From Candidatus Johnevansia muelleri (GTDB lineage: Bacteria; Pseudomonadota; Gammaproteobacteria; Johnevansiales; Johnevansiaceae), in NCBI GenBank assembly GCA_000953435.1, contig LM655252.1:240001-272000 (forward strand): a DNA stretch of 32,000 bases, written 5' to 3'. Positions 18,802-30,539 of the stretch are shown here, in pieces (within the stretch, counting starts at the first letter, position 1; each line of letters starts with the position of its first letter). A program made the translations under genes and the position numbers. The notes below the pieces were generated by a model that worked only from the letters and a program-made list of their open reading frames with translations, was not told the origin of the DNA and did not search any database.

Positions 18802-19293
18802 ATGGATAATAAAAATTATTTATATAATAATGTTAAATCAAAAGAAAGAGATGAAATAATTAGTATTATTAAAAATTATGAGCATCCTCGTGCTGCAATA
18901 ATTGAAGCTTTAAAAATAGTACAAAAATATCGTGGTTGGGTTCCTGATAATTTAATATTTTTTATTGCTAAATTACTTAATATAACAACAATAGATGTTG
19001 AAGAAGTTGCAACATTTTATAGTCATATTTTTAGACAAAAAGTAGGTAGAAATATAATACTTATTTGTGATAGTATAACTTGTTACATTAATGGTTATAA
19101 AGAAATATATAATAAATTAAAACTTGAATTAAAAATAGTATTTGGACAAACTAGTCCTGATAAACGTTTTACTTTATTACCAGTTTGTTGTTTAGGAAAT
19201 TGTGATAAATCACCAACAATGATGATTAATAAAGATACTTATAATAACATTAATATAAAAAATATTATGAATATTATTGAAATGTATAAATGA
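18802..19293 (+). CDS. nuoE: NADH-quinone oxidoreductase subunit E
   Basis: 163 aa. [24 protein letters not shown] and the 2Fe-2S cysteines CDSITC...[10 protein letters not shown] match E. coli NuoE. Confidence 0.95.
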   Translation: MDNKNYLYNNVKSKERDEIISIIKNYEHPRAAIIEALKIVQKYRGWVPDNLIFFIAKLLNITTIDVEEVATFYSHIFRQKVGRNIILICDSITCYINGYKEIYNKLKLELKIVFGQTSPDKRFTLLPVCCLGNCDKSPTMMINKDTYNNINIKNIMNIIEMYK

Positions 19294-20618
19294 ATTATAA
19301 ATTAATTAATAAAATGCCATCATTTGGAAAAATTAATTTAATAGAAAAAAATCAAGAAAAAAATCCTCTTACTTGGAGATTAAATAATGATGGACAACCT
19401 GTTTATTTAAAAGAATATAAATTTAAAAATGGTTATATAGGGGCTCAATATGCATTAATTAAGTTAAAACCTAATCAGATTATTGAAAAAATAATAAAGT
19501 CAGGTCTTAAAGGGCGTGGAGGAGCAGGGTTTCCTACAGGTATAAAATGGAATTTAACTGTTAAATGTGATGGAATACAACGTGGTTATTTAATATGTAA
19601 TGCAGATGAAATGGAACCTAATACATATAAAGATCGTATGTTAATTGAACAACAACCTCATTTATTAATTGAAGGTATGATTATTGCTGGTTATGCTAAT
19701 AATTCTAAAATAGGCTATATATTTTTACGTGGTGAATATATAATTGCTTATAAAAATATTAAATTTGCATTAGAAGAAGCTAGATCAGTAGGATTACTAG
19801 GGGAAAATATATTAGATTCAGGTTATAATTTTGATATATTTATTCATGTAGGAGCTGGTCGTTATATATGTGGAGAAGAAACAGCTTTAATGAATTCATT
19901 AGAAGGTCGTCGTGCCAATCCACGTGCTAAACCACCATTTCCTGGTCAATCTGGGGTTTGGGGTAAACCTACAGTAATAAATAATGTAGAAACTTTATGT
20001 AATATTCCTTCAATATTAGCACTAGGTGTTAAATGGTATCATAGTTTATGTAGACCATGTTCTGAAGATCATGGTACTAAATTAATGGGATTTACTGGTA
20101 AAGTAAAAAATCCAGGTTTATGGGAATTACCTTTAGGTATTACAGCACGTGAATTACTAGAAAATTTTGCAGGTGGTATGCAAGATGGTTATACATTAAA
20201 AGCTTGGCAACCAGGAGGAGCTAGTACTGGTTTTTTATTACCTAAACATTTAGATATAGAAATGTATTCTAATGGTATTAGTAAATTAGGTACAAGAATA
20301 GGAACGGCTTTAGCATTAGCAATAGATAATACAATTAACATAGTATCATTAATTTGCAATATTGAAGAATTTTTTTCTCGTGAATCTTGTGGTTTTTGTA
20401 CCCCCTGTCGTGATGGGTTACCTTGGATCGTTAAATTATTACAATCTTTAGAAGAAAAAAAAGGTAAAAAAGAATATATTGATATTTTATTAGATCTTAC
20501 TAATAAACTTAGTTCAGGAAATACTTTTTGCGCTCATGCTCCAGGGGCGATGGAACCATTAAAAAGTGCTATTTATTATTTTTATAAAGACTTTGAAAAT
20601 GGAATTAAAAAAATATAA
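19290..20618 (+). CDS. nuoF: NADH-quinone oxidoreductase subunit F
   Basis: 442 aa. ATGA overlap with nuoE. FMN/NADH site [18 protein letters not shown], and 4Fe-4S motif [12 protein letters not shown]. Confidence 0.97.
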   Translation: MNYKLINKMPSFGKINLIEKNQEKNPLTWRLNNDGQPVYLKEYKFKNGYIGAQYALIKLKPNQIIEKIIKSGLKGRGGAGFPTGIKWNLTVKCDGIQRGYLICNADEMEPNTYKDRMLIEQQPHLLIEGMIIAGYANNSKIGYIFLRGEYIIAYKNIKFALEEARSVGLLGENILDSGYNFDIFIHVGAGRYICGEETALMNSLEGRRANPRAKPPFPGQSGVWGKPTVINNVETLCNIPSILALGVKWYHSLCRPCSEDHGTKLMGFTGKVKNPGLWELPLGITARELLENFAGGMQDGYTLKAWQPGGASTGFLLPKHLDIEMYSNGISKLGTRIGTALALAIDNTINIVSLICNIEEFFSRESCGFCTPCRDGLPWIVKLLQSLEEKKGKKEYIDILLDLTNKLSSGNTFCAHAPGAMEPLKSAIYYFYKDFENGIKKI

Positions 20619-20647
20619 TTTTGTTTTAAAAAGGAAATATAAATTTT

Positions 20648-23386
20648 ATGAATATTATTAATATTGATGGAAAAAATTACAAGGTTAATTCTAAAAATAA
20701 CCTACTTCATTCTTGTTTATCCATAGGTATTAATATACCTTATTTTTGTTGGCATCCTTCACTAGGTAGTATTGGAGCTTGTAGACAATGTGCAGTAAAA
20801 TTATATAAAAATAAATATGATATAAATGGTAAAATAATTATGTCCTGTATGACAGGTATAACAAATAATATGTATATATCAATAAATGATATAGACGTAA
20901 TAACTTTTAGAAAAAATGTTATAGAATGGATGATGATTAATCATCCTCATGATTGTCCAGTTTGTGAAGAAGGGGGGAATTGTCATTTACAAGATATGAC
21001 TATTATTACTGAACATAAAAATAGACGTTATAACTTTAATAAAAGAACTCATGAAAATCAAAATCTAGGACCATTTATTTCACATGAAATGAATCGTTGT
21101 ATTTCTTGCTACAGGTGTATACGTTATTATAAAGATTATGCAGGAGGTAAAGATTTAGGGGTATTTGGAATGAATAATAATATATATTTTGGTCGTATAA
21201 ATGATGGAATGTTAGAAAGTGAATTTTCTGGTAATATAACTGATATTTGTCCTACAGGGGTATTTACAGATAAAACCTACTCATATCATTATACTCGTAA
21301 ATGGGATCTACAATATGCACCTAGTATATGTAATGCTTGTTCAGTAGGTTGTAATATTAGTCCAGGTGAAAGATATGGTAAAATTCGTAAAATTGAAAAT
21401 AGATATAATGGATTGATAAATAAATATTTTATTTGTGATAGAGGTCGTTTTGGTTATAATTATTTAAATAATAATCGTCCTTATTATCCTAAATATAAAA
21501 AAAATAATAATAATTTAAAAATTGAAGATATTTTTTTTTCATTTGATACTGCTATTAAAAGAGGTGCTTTTTTATTAAGAAATGCAAGTCGTATTATAGG
21601 AATAGGTTCTACAAGAGCTAGTATAGAAAGTAATTTTGCATTACTTATGTTAGTAGGTTTGGAAAATTTTTCTACTGGTATTAAAGAAGAAGAACTACAA
21701 CGACTTAAATTAATGATTAAAATTAATCAAGAATTTTATTCTCCTTCAGTAAGAGATATTGAAGAACATGATGTAATTATTATTTTAGGTGAAGATGTAA
21801 CTCAAACAGCTGCAAGAATAGCATTAGCAATAAGACAATCTGCTAATAATTATAGAATAAATAAAATTTCTAATGAAACAAATATTCCTAAATGGAATAT
21901 AAATGCTATAAATAATTGTTTACAAGATTATAAAAGTCCTATTTATATAGCTAGTGTTTATGAAACTAAACTAGATGATATTGCAAGAGGAACTTTTTAT
22001 GGTACTCCTGAAGATATTACTAATTTAGGTTACACACTAGCTAATGCTATTGATAAAAAGGCTCCTAAAGTAATTGATGAATTTTACTATAATATTATAG
22101 ATGATATAGTTGAATCACTAAAATACTCTACTCGTCCATTAATTATAACTGGAGAATCTCTAAATTCAATATCAATATTACATGCAGCTGCTAATTTAAC
22201 TAAAGCATTAAAAGTAATAGGTAAATCAGTATCTTTAACTTTTATTAGTAAAGCAGCTAATAGTACAGGTTTAGCGATCTTAGATGGTAAATCTATTGAT
22301 TGGGCATTAAAAAATATAGTTAATAAAAATGCTGATACAGTTATAATTCTAGAAAATGATTTATATTTACACAATAAACCTTTATTAGTTGATAAAGCTC
22401 TTAATACTGCTAATACAATAATTGTAATAGATCATCAAAAAACTAAAACTTGGGAAAAAGCACATTTAGTATTACCTACAGCAAATTTTGTTGAAAGTAA
22501 TGGTACATTAGTTAATTATGAAGGACGTGCTCAAAGGTTTTTTAAAGTATATGATCCTATATATTATAATCCTAACTGTTTAATTAAAGAAAGCTGGCAA
22601 TGGTTACATACTTTAAACGTTACTATTAAAAATAGTTTAATTGAATGGAAAAATTTTGATAATGTAGTAAATGCTTGTAGTAAATTTAAACAAGAGCTTT
22701 ATAATATTAAAAAAGCCGCCCCTCTATCTTCTTTTAGAATTAAAGGTAAAAAATTATCAAGATCACCAAGTCGTTATAGTGGACGTACATCTATGCTTTC
22801 TAATATTAATATAAATGAACCTGGTCAAACTAAAGATAAAGATACTGCTTTTGCATTTTCTATGGAAGGATATTTTGGACATAATGAATTTTATTCTCAA
22901 ATTCCATTTACTTGGTCACCAGGTTTAAATTCATCACAAGCTTGTAATAAATTTCATAATGTAGTAGGTGGAAATTTACGGTTTGGTGATCCTGGAATTA
23001 TATTATTTAATAAAAAAAAGAAAATTAAAAATTTAAAATTAAATTATTTTAAATATAGTCACAATATATTTAAAAAACAAATAAATAATTGGCAAATTAT
23101 ACCTATTTATCATCTATTTGGCAGTGAAGAAACTTCATCTATATCTAAACCAATACAAAAATGTATTCCTGAACCATATGTGTTATTTAATTATAAAGAT
23201 ATAATTAAATTAGGATTAAACAAATATAGTAAAATATATATAAATGTAAATACATATAAATTAAATTTATCCATACGAATAAGTAATGTATTACCTCATG
23301 GAATTATAGGAATTCCTATATTATCTTCCATACCTAGTGATATTTTTGGATCATGGGCAACTATTACTACGGAGATAATTATATAA
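20648..23386 (+). CDS. nuoG: NADH-quinone oxidoreductase subunit G
   Basis: 912 aa (E. coli about 908). N-terminal Fe-S motifs [35 protein letters not shown] and [10 protein letters not shown]. Collinear with E. coli to the C-terminus. AAGGAA SD upstream. Confidence 0.97.
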   Translation: MNIINIDGKNYKVNSKNNLLHSCLSIGINIPYFCWHPSLGSIGACRQCAVKLYKNKYDINGKIIMSCMTGITNNMYISINDIDVITFRKNVIEWMMINHPHDCPVCEEGGNCHLQDMTIITEHKNRRYNFNKRTHENQNLGPFISHEMNRCISCYRCIRYYKDYAGGKDLGVFGMNNNIYFGRINDGMLESEFSGNITDICPTGVFTDKTYSYHYTRKWDLQYAPSICNACSVGCNISPGERYGKIRKIENRYNGLINKYFICDRGRFGYNYLNNNRPYYPKYKKNNNNLKIEDIFFSFDTAIKRGAFLLRNASRIIGIGSTRASIESNFALLMLVGLENFSTGIKEEELQRLKLMIKINQEFYSPSVRDIEEHDVIIILGEDVTQTAARIALAIRQSANNYRINKISNETNIPKWNINAINNCLQDYKSPIYIASVYETKLDDIARGTFYGTPEDITNLGYTLANAIDKKAPKVIDEFYYNIIDDIVESLKYSTRPLIITGESLNSISILHAAANLTKALKVIGKSVSLTFISKAANSTGLAILDGKSIDWALKNIVNKNADTVIILENDLYLHNKPLLVDKALNTANTIIVIDHQKTKTWEKAHLVLPTANFVESNGTLVNYEGRAQRFFKVYDPIYYNPNCLIKESWQWLHTLNVTIKNSLIEWKNFDNVVNACSKFKQELYNIKKAAPLSSFRIKGKKLSRSPSRYSGRTSMLSNININEPGQTKDKDTAFAFSMEGYFGHNEFYSQIPFTWSPGLNSSQACNKFHNVVGGNLRFGDPGIILFNKKKKIKNLKLNYFKYSHNIFKKQINNWQIIPIYHLFGSEETSSISKPIQKCIPEPYVLFNYKDIIKLGLNKYSKIYINVNTYKLNLSIRISNVLPHGIIGIPILSSIPSDIFGSWATITTEIII

Positions 23387-24345
23387 TGAATAAGAACATT
23401 ATAATTGTTATAACTCATGCACTTATAATATTAATAGTAATACTTATTATTGCTGCTTTTATGAGTTTTATTGAACGACGTATGTTAGCATTATGGCAAG
23501 ATCGTTATGGACCTAATAGAGTAGGTTTTTTCGGGTTTTTACAAGTTTTTGCTGATATGATTAAACTTATGTTTAAAGAAGATTGGATACCTCCATTTGC
23601 TGATAAAAAATTATTTATTATTTCACCTATTATTGGAATCGGATCAATTTTATTATCTTTTATGATTATCCCAATTACTCCTAATTGGTGTATTGCTGAT
23701 TTTAATATTGGTATACTTTTTTTTATAGCTATGGTGGGCATTAATGTATATTCAATTTTATTTGCAGGTTATGCTAGTGCTAATAAATATGCTCTTATTG
23801 GGGCTATGCGAGCAGCTGCTCAAACAATTTCCTATGAAATATTTCTTAGTTTATCACTAATGGGTATAATTGCATTAACAGGTTCATTTAACTTACGTAA
23901 TATTATTGAAGCTCAACATAATTTATGGTTTATTATTCCTCAATTTTTAGGATTTTTGACATTTTTAATTGCTGGTCTTTCAATTACTCACAGACATCCA
24001 TTTGATCAACCAGAAGCTGAACAAGAATTGGCTGATGGTTATCATATTGAATATTCTGGTATAAAATGGGGACTTTTTTTTATTGGAGAATATCTTAGTT
24101 TATTATTAATTTCATCATTAATTGTTATATTATATTTTGGTGGTTGGTTGGGACCATTTTTACCACCATTTGCATGGTTTTTAATAAAAATATTTATTTT
24201 TATTACTTTTTTTATTCTTTTAAGAGCATCTTTACCTAGGCCCAGATATGATCATGTTATGATTTTTAATTGGAAAATTTGTTTACCATTAACATTAATT
24301 AATTTATTATTTACAGGATTATTAATTTTATTTCATATTTATTAA
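23386..24345 (+). CDS. nuoH: NADH-quinone oxidoreductase subunit H
   Basis: [20 protein letters not shown] and [10 protein letters not shown] are identical or near-identical to E. coli NuoH. I place the start at ATG 23386 (TAATG overlap with the nuoG stop, GGAG at 23371-23374, 319 aa versus 325 in E. coli). The ORF track's 23353 start adds 11 unaligned residues inside nuoG. Confidence 0.93.
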   Translation: MNKNIIIVITHALIILIVILIIAAFMSFIERRMLALWQDRYGPNRVGFFGFLQVFADMIKLMFKEDWIPPFADKKLFIISPIIGIGSILLSFMIIPITPNWCIADFNIGILFFIAMVGINVYSILFAGYASANKYALIGAMRAAAQTISYEIFLSLSLMGIIALTGSFNLRNIIEAQHNLWFIIPQFLGFLTFLIAGLSITHRHPFDQPEAEQELADGYHIEYSGIKWGLFFIGEYLSLLLISSLIVILYFGGWLGPFLPPFAWFLIKIFIFITFFILLRASLPRPRYDHVMIFNWKICLPLTLINLLFTGLLILFHIY

Positions 24346-24359
24346 TTAATAATTTTTAT

Positions 24360-24899
24360 ATGATAATTAAATTAATATATAATATATGGACATTATTATA
24401 TACTATACTGATAATTTTTAAACATACTTTTCATAAACGTAAAACTTTAAGATATCCTGAAGATTCTGTTTATTTAGCTCCTAGGTATAAAGGACGTATT
24501 ATATTAACTAATGATCCAGATGGTGAAGAACGCTGTGTAGGTTGTAATTTATGTGCTGTTGTTTGCCCAGTTAGTTGTATTTCATTACAAAAAAGTGAAA
24601 AAAAAGATGGTAGATGGTATTCAAAATTTTTCCGTATAAATTTTTCTAGATGCATTTTTTGTGGTTTGTGTGAAGAAGCTTGTCCTACATCAGCAATTCA
24701 ATTAATACCTGATTTTGAAATGGGAGAATATAATCGTAAACATTTAATTTATGAAAAAGAAAATTTATTAATATCTGGTCCTGGTAAAGATTATAATTAT
24801 AATTTTTATAAAGTTACAGGTATATCTATTAATAAAAAAAATAAAGGTAATGCAGAAAATGAAACAAAGCCAATAAATGTTAAATCAATTATGCCTTAA
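24360..24899 (+). CDS. nuoI: NADH-quinone oxidoreductase subunit I
   Basis: 179 aa (E. coli 180). Two 4Fe-4S ferredoxin motifs, [12 protein letters not shown] and [12 protein letters not shown]. Collinear with E. coli to the end ([10 protein letters not shown] versus KPIDVKSLLP). Confidence 0.97.
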   Translation: MIIKLIYNIWTLLYTILIIFKHTFHKRKTLRYPEDSVYLAPRYKGRIILTNDPDGEERCVGCNLCAVVCPVSCISLQKSEKKDGRWYSKFFRINFSRCIFCGLCEEACPTSAIQLIPDFEMGEYNRKHLIYEKENLLISGPGKDYNYNFYKVTGISINKKNKGNAENETKPINVKSIMP

Positions 24900-24908
24900 G
24901 GAAAATTA

Positions 24909-25391
24909 TTGGAATATATATTTTATATTTCATCTATAATTGCAATGATTACTACAGTTTGTGTTGTTATTTGTTTTAATCCTATGTATGCAATAGTTAA
25001 TCTAATTATTTCAATTATTGCAATATCAATAATATTTTTTTCATTAGGAGCATATTATGCTAGTATTATTGAAATAATAATATATGCTGGAGCAATAATG
25101 ATTTTATTTGTATTTGTTATGATGATGTTAAATTTAGGTAAAAAAACGATATTACAAGAAAGTAATTGGTTTAATATTAAAACTGTTATTTTTTCATTAA
25201 TAATTTCAATAATATTATTATATAATATAATTACTTTATTATACAATCCATATTATAATATAAAAGGTGTATATAAACTTCCTCCAAAAGTAGGTTCACT
25301 TTTATTTAAAACACCTTATTTATTAATAGTAGAATTATCAGCTATTTTAATGCTAATAGCTTTAATTACAGCATCACATATAGCCATTTAA
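24909..25391 (+). CDS. nuoJ: NADH-quinone oxidoreductase subunit J
   Basis: 160 aa. TTG start with AAGGA SD at 24898-24902. MEYIFYI...FFSLGAYYASIIEIIIYAGAIMILFVFVMMMLNLG aligns from residue 1 with E. coli NuoJ (MEFAFYI...FFSLGAYFAGALEIIVYAGAIMVLFVFVVMMLNLG). It lacks the charged C-terminal tail of E. coli. Confidence 0.93.
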   Translation: MEYIFYISSIIAMITTVCVVICFNPMYAIVNLIISIIAISIIFFSLGAYYASIIEIIIYAGAIMILFVFVMMMLNLGKKTILQESNWFNIKTVIFSLIISIILLYNIITLLYNPYYNIKGVYKLPPKVGSLLFKTPYLLIVELSAILMLIALITASHIAI

Positions 25392-25416
25392 AAATAAAAT
25401 TATTTTAGGATATTTA

Positions 25417-25725
25417 ATGTTTTTAATTAAAATAAAATATGGATTAATTTTATCTATTATATTATTTGTAATTGGTATTACAGGTATATTAATAAGACGT
25501 AATATTTTTTTTATATTTATGTGTTTAGAAATAATTTTAAATTCAATTGCACTAGCTTTTATTGTTGCGGGATCAGCTTGGAATCAATCAGAGAGTCAAA
25601 TAATATTTATAATTATTATGACTATTGCGGCATGTGAAGCTAGTATAGGTCTTGCTTTTATTATTAAATTTTATCGTTCTTTTAAAACATTTGATATTAA
25701 TATAATTAGTAGGATGAAAGGATGA
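25417..25725 (+). CDS. nuoK: NADH-quinone oxidoreductase subunit K
   Basis: 102 aa. Full-length alignment to E. coli NuoK (YGLILSIILFVIGITGILIRRN...ACEASIGLA...SRMKG). AGGA SD upstream. Confidence 0.95.
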   Translation: MFLIKIKYGLILSIILFVIGITGILIRRNIFFIFMCLEIILNSIALAFIVAGSAWNQSESQIIFIIIMTIAACEASIGLAFIIKFYRSFKTFDINIISRMKG

Positions 25726-27572
25726 ATTTATTATTTTTAGTTTTTATATTTCCATTATTAAGTACTATATTATTAATAGTTTTTAACAATATATCAAAAA
25801 ATTTTTATGCAAATATAAGCATATTATTTTTAGGAATTTCTACAATTATAACTAATTATATAATTTATAATATTGATACTCCAATTGTAAAACCTTTTGT
25901 TCAACATTTATGTAATTGGATTAATGTTGGAGATTTTAAAATAGGTTTTAACTTATATGTAGATGGTTTATCATTAACAATGATATGGATAATAACCGGA
26001 GTTGGTTTTCTTATTCAAATGTTTTCATATTGGTATATGGTTGAAGATTCTAAAAAAAATAAAGGTTATTCATTAAATAGATATTTTATATATGTAAATT
26101 TATTTATATTTAGTATGTTAATTTTAGTCTTAGCTGATAATCTTTTATTATTATTTTTAGGATGGGAATGTGTTGGATTATGTAGTTATTTACTTATTGG
26201 TTATTATTATAAGAAAAAAAAAAATAATTGGGCATCATTTAAAGCTTTTATAATTAATCGTATTATTGATATAATATTAGCAATTTGTTTATTTTTAATA
26301 TGGGTTCAATTTGGAAGTTTAAATATACAATATATTTTAATTATGGCAAATCATATTTGGACAAAATGTGATATTTTAATTAATTTTACAACAATATTAT
26401 TATTAGGTAGTGCTATAGGTAAATCAGCACAAGTACCTTTTCAAACTTGGTTAGCTGATGCAATGGTGGGGCCAACACCTGTATCAGCGTTAATTCATGC
26501 TGCTACAATGGTAACAGCAGGAGTTTATATTATTGCTCGTATGCATATTTTTTTTGAACTTACACCATTAATATTAAATTTAATTAGTATTATTGGAATT
26601 TCTACAATTTTAATTGCTAGTATTTCAGCAATTATTCAGAGTAATATAAAACGTATTTTGGCTTATTCTACAATGAGTCAATTGGGTTATATGTTTTTAG
26701 CTATGGGAATAAAAGCATGGAATGTTGCTATATATCATTTAATGATACATGCTTTTTTTAAAGCTTTATTATTTCTTTCCGTAGGATCTATTATAATTAA
26801 CTGTAATCATGAACAAAATATTTTTAAATTAAATTTACAATTATTAAAAAATAAATTAACATATATTTCTTTTATTTTTGGGAGTTTGGCACTTTCTGCA
26901 TTTCCAATTTTAAGTGCAGGATTTTATTCAAAAGAAGAAATTATTAAAATTTCTTTAATTAATGGTCATTTATTATTATGTATATTGGCAATAATTGGTA
27001 CTATATTTACTTCTATATATACTTTTCGTATGATTTTTATTCTTTTTAATATAGATTTAAAATTATATAAAATTAATTTACCTAATAATTTATTACATGA
27101 TTTTCCATTAATTATTCTTATTATTTTATCAACATTTATGGGTGCATATATAACACCTCCAATATTAGGTATATTTAGAACATATAATATAGTAACAAGT
27201 AATACTATTATTGACAAAATTTTTTCAATAATTACTTATATAATACTATTAATATTATTTAAATATATTTTTTATAATAAATTATTTATTAATAAATTAT
27301 TAAAATTTAAATTTATAATAAAAATATATTTTTTTTTAAAAAAATCTTTGGGATTTGATTATATTTATAATAAATTATTTGTTAATACATATATTATATT
27401 AATTAAATATAATCGTAAAGATTGGATAAATAAATTTATTAATAGTTTAAATATATTTTTAAAAAAAATTAATGTTATATTAACTTTATTTCATAATGGT
27501 AACCTACGTTGGTATATTTTTATATTTATATTAAGTGTAATTATTTTTATTAAAAAAGCAACATTCATTTAA
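25722..27572 (+). CDS. nuoL: NADH-quinone oxidoreductase subunit L
   Basis: 616 aa (E. coli 613). ATGA overlap with nuoK. Antiporter-like core: LGWECVGLCSYLLIGYYY, KSAQVPFQTWLADAMVGPTPVSALIHAATMVTAG, AYSTMSQLGYMF. Confidence 0.95.
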   Translation: MNLLFLVFIFPLLSTILLIVFNNISKNFYANISILFLGISTIITNYIIYNIDTPIVKPFVQHLCNWINVGDFKIGFNLYVDGLSLTMIWIITGVGFLIQMFSYWYMVEDSKKNKGYSLNRYFIYVNLFIFSMLILVLADNLLLLFLGWECVGLCSYLLIGYYYKKKKNNWASFKAFIINRIIDIILAICLFLIWVQFGSLNIQYILIMANHIWTKCDILINFTTILLLGSAIGKSAQVPFQTWLADAMVGPTPVSALIHAATMVTAGVYIIARMHIFFELTPLILNLISIIGISTILIASISAIIQSNIKRILAYSTMSQLGYMFLAMGIKAWNVAIYHLMIHAFFKALLFLSVGSIIINCNHEQNIFKLNLQLLKNKLTYISFIFGSLALSAFPILSAGFYSKEEIIKISLINGHLLLCILAIIGTIFTSIYTFRMIFILFNIDLKLYKINLPNNLLHDFPLIILIILSTFMGAYITPPILGIFRTYNIVTSNTIIDKIFSIITYIILLILFKYIFYNKLFINKLLKFKFIIKIYFFLKKSLGFDYIYNKLFVNTYIILIKYNRKDWINKFINSLNIFLKKINVILTLFHNGNLRWYIFIFILSVIIFIKKATFI

Positions 27573-27579
27573 GTAATTT

Positions 27580-29073
27580 ATGAGTTTGCTTTTTTTAATT
27601 ATTTTACCTTTTATTGGTGGATTATTGTGTTTAATAAGTAATAATATAAATAATTTTTTACCTCGTATTATTAGTTTATTTACAATGATTTTGTTATTAT
27701 GGACATCTTTATATTTATATAAAAATGGAAAAGGACAAATATCATTAAAACATTTATATTGGATAGAACAATATCAAATAAAATGGATTAATAAATTAGG
27801 CATATCAATACATTTAGCTATTGATGGTTTATCAATAATTATGATTTTATTAACTATTTTATTAGGAATATTATCAATTATTTGTTCTTGGAAAGAAATT
27901 AATAAAAATGTTGGTAAATTTCATTTTTATTTAATGTGGATTATAACATCAGTAATTGGATTATTTCTTTCTATTGATTTATTTTTATTTTTTGTATTTT
28001 GGGAATTGATGTTATTACCTATGTATTTTTTAATATCATTTTGGGGATTTAATCAATTTAACAATAATAGAATAAAATCAGCTACTATTTTTTTTATATA
28101 TTCTCAAATTTCAGGTTTATTAATGTTAATATCAATAATTAGTTTAGTATTAATATACTATTATAAAACAGGAATTTTAACATTTGATTATGTTAACTTG
28201 TTACATAGTAATATATGTGGCATTTTAGGATTTATTATTATGATTGTATTTTTTATAGCATTTGCTATAAAACTTCCTATAGTACCTTTTCATGGATGGT
28301 TACCAAATACACATATATATTCACCTACTGCTGGTAGTATTGATATTTCAGGAATTTTAATTAAAACTGCAGCATATGGGATGTTACGATTTTTAATTCC
28401 TTTATTTCCGATACAATCATTAATATTCTCTAATATTGCTTTAACAGTAAGTATATTTACTATATATTATGGTGCCTTTCAAGCATTTACAAAAAATGAT
28501 ATTAAAGAAGTAATAGCTTATTCTAATATTTCACATATGGGTTTTATATTAATTGCAATTTATTCTAAAAGTATATTAGCATTGCAAGGGTTACTTATAT
28601 TTATGATATCAAATGCATTTACGGCATCAGGATTATTTATTATTAGTGGTCAATTATATGAACGATTAAAAACTAGAGATATTCGATATATGGGAGGATT
28701 ATTTGAAAAATTATGTGCATTATCTAGTTTTACATTAGTATTTATAATAGCATCATTAGCTATTCCAGGAACTGGAAATTTTATAGGTGAATTTTTAATT
28801 TTATTTGGAAGTTTTCATAAAATACCTTGTGTAATAATATTAGCAAGTTTTAGTTTAGTTTTAACAGCAATATATTATATAATATTATTACATCGTATTT
28901 TTTATAATTATATAAAAATTGTACCATTATTTTATAATTTAAGTAAACGTGAATTTTATATATTGTTAATATTAATAATATTAATTATATTATTTGGTTT
29001 TTATCCCAATATTATTTTTAATATATCTTTTATACCAATTAAAGAAATTATATATAGATATAATATTTTATGA
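27580..29073 (+). CDS. nuoM: NADH-quinone oxidoreductase subunit M
   Basis: 497 aa (E. coli 509). Polytopic antiporter-like protein. FVFWELMLLPMYFLI, KLPIVPFHGWLPNTH and AYSNISHMGF are typical NuoM/ND4 blocks. Position between nuoL and nuoN. Confidence 0.93.
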   Translation: MSLLFLIILPFIGGLLCLISNNINNFLPRIISLFTMILLLWTSLYLYKNGKGQISLKHLYWIEQYQIKWINKLGISIHLAIDGLSIIMILLTILLGILSIICSWKEINKNVGKFHFYLMWIITSVIGLFLSIDLFLFFVFWELMLLPMYFLISFWGFNQFNNNRIKSATIFFIYSQISGLLMLISIISLVLIYYYKTGILTFDYVNLLHSNICGILGFIIMIVFFIAFAIKLPIVPFHGWLPNTHIYSPTAGSIDISGILIKTAAYGMLRFLIPLFPIQSLIFSNIALTVSIFTIYYGAFQAFTKNDIKEVIAYSNISHMGFILIAIYSKSILALQGLLIFMISNAFTASGLFIISGQLYERLKTRDIRYMGGLFEKLCALSSFTLVFIIASLAIPGTGNFIGEFLILFGSFHKIPCVIILASFSLVLTAIYYIILLHRIFYNYIKIVPLFYNLSKREFYILLILIILIILFGFYPNIIFNISFIPIKEIIYRYNIL

Positions 29074-30539
29074 ATATAAAATTTAATATTTTTATAACAT
29101 TAATAATTCTTATTATTACTATATTAATGAATATATTTAATATTAATAATTTTAGTAAATATTTTAAAAATAGTATTCTTACTATAATAGGTTTATTTTT
29201 AACATTTTTATCATTTGTTTATATTTATAAAGTAACTATTGTACCTATATTATTTATGAATTTATTATTTTTTGATAAATATATATTATTATATATCTTA
29301 ATAATATTATTTATTTCAATAATTTGTTATCATTTGGCATATGTTTATCTTAAAACTATTGAGAATCATAGAGAAGAATTTTATATATTATTAATTAGTT
29401 CTACTTTTGGTGCTATAATTACAATCTCAAGTATACATGCAATTTCATTAATATTAGGTATTGAAATAATGTCTATTTCTATTTATGGTATGATTTACTA
29501 TAATTCTAATGATTTAATTTCATTAGAATCAGTGATTAAATACATGATTTTATCATCTATTGCATCATCTTTTTTCTTATTAGGTATAGCTATAATTTAT
29601 GCATATAGTGGTACATTATCATTTTTTAAATTATCATTATTTTTTATTTATAAAAATAAATTAAATTATTATATATTATTATCAATAATAATGATATTTA
29701 TTGGAATTGCATTTAAATTATCCATAGTACCATGGCATATGTGGACAGCTGATATTTATGAAGGGGCTCCTATTCCAGTATCAGCTTTTATAGCTACTAT
29801 TAATAAAATAGTATTTTTATATTTATTATTAAGATTTTTTTTAATTTTACCTAATTTAAATATATATTTTTTTAAAATTATTTCAATATTTTCAATATTA
29901 TCTATTATTATTGGTAATATAAGTGCATTATATCAAAATAATTTAAAAAGATTGTTAGGATATTCTTCTATTGCTAATATGGGTTATTTGTTTTCTATAA
30001 TTAGGGTATTACAATTAAGTTATAATAATTATTATATTATTATAATACCTATAAATATATATTTGTTTATATATTTATTAAATACATTAGGAATATTTTG
30101 TATATTAACTATTTTATCATCAAAATCATATAATAATTATGATGGAGATATTAGTAGTTATAGTGCTATGTTTAATAAAAGACCTATTATTACTTTAATT
30201 TTAACTTATTTTTTAATATCTCAATTAGGATTTCCTTTAACTGCTGGATTTTTATGCAAATTTTATTTATATTATTTAATAATAAATGCTAAATTAATTT
30301 TATTAATTATTATTAATTTAATCGGACATATATTTAGTATTTATTATTATATACGTATAATAAGATTATTATATTTAAATAAAATTAATTTAATTGAAAA
30401 AAATATTAAATTTCATTGGGGCATTATTATCATAATAACATTGATAATATTAATGTTATTAATTATAGGTTTTTATCCTATGTTTTTAATAAAATTAATT
30501 AATTCTGCTAAATTAATAAATTTTATTAAATTATATTGA
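29070..30539 (+). CDS. nuoN: NADH-quinone oxidoreductase subunit N
   Basis: 489 aa. ATGA overlap with nuoM. Polytopic. FKLSIVPWHMWTADIYEGAPIPVSAFIAT and LGYSSIANMGY are typical NuoN/ND2 blocks. Last gene of the cluster. Its 3' end overlaps the convergent dapF by 14 bp. Confidence 0.92.
   Translation: MNIKFNIFITLIILIITILMNIFNINNFSKYFKNSILTIIGLFLTFLSFVYIYKVTIVPILFMNLLFFDKYILLYILIILFISIICYHLAYVYLKTIENHREEFYILLISSTFGAIITISSIHAISLILGIEIMSISIYGMIYYNSNDLISLESVIKYMILSSIASSFFLLGIAIIYAYSGTLSFFKLSLFFIYKNKLNYYILLSIIMIFIGIAFKLSIVPWHMWTADIYEGAPIPVSAFIATINKIVFLYLLLRFFLILPNLNIYFFKIISIFSILSIIIGNISALYQNNLKRLLGYSSIANMGYLFSIIRVLQLSYNNYYIIIIPINIYLFIYLLNTLGIFCILTILSSKSYNNYDGDISSYSAMFNKRPIITLILTYFLISQLGFPLTAGFLCKFYLYYLIINAKLILLIIINLIGHIFSIYYYIRIIRLLYLNKINLIEKNIKFHWGIIIIITLIILMLLIIGFYPMFLIKLINSAKLINFIKLY

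Noticed and set aside
23353-23385. Longer nuoH start at 23353, overlapping nuoG by 34 nt
   Set aside because: The 11 extra residues ([11 protein letters not shown]) do not align to NuoH. ATG 23386 forms a TAATG coupling junction with the nuoG stop and has GGAG 11 nt upstream.
16524-27217. Antisense ORFs within nuo genes (16524..16712, 22087..22374, 23505..23741, 24470..24655, 25055..25246, 26966..27217, all minus strand)
   Set aside because: Each lies wholly inside and opposite to a strongly conserved nuo gene (nuoB, G, H, I, J, L). All are short (61-95 aa), have low-complexity composition, and lack recognisable homology. They are the expected by-products of A/T-rich sequence.
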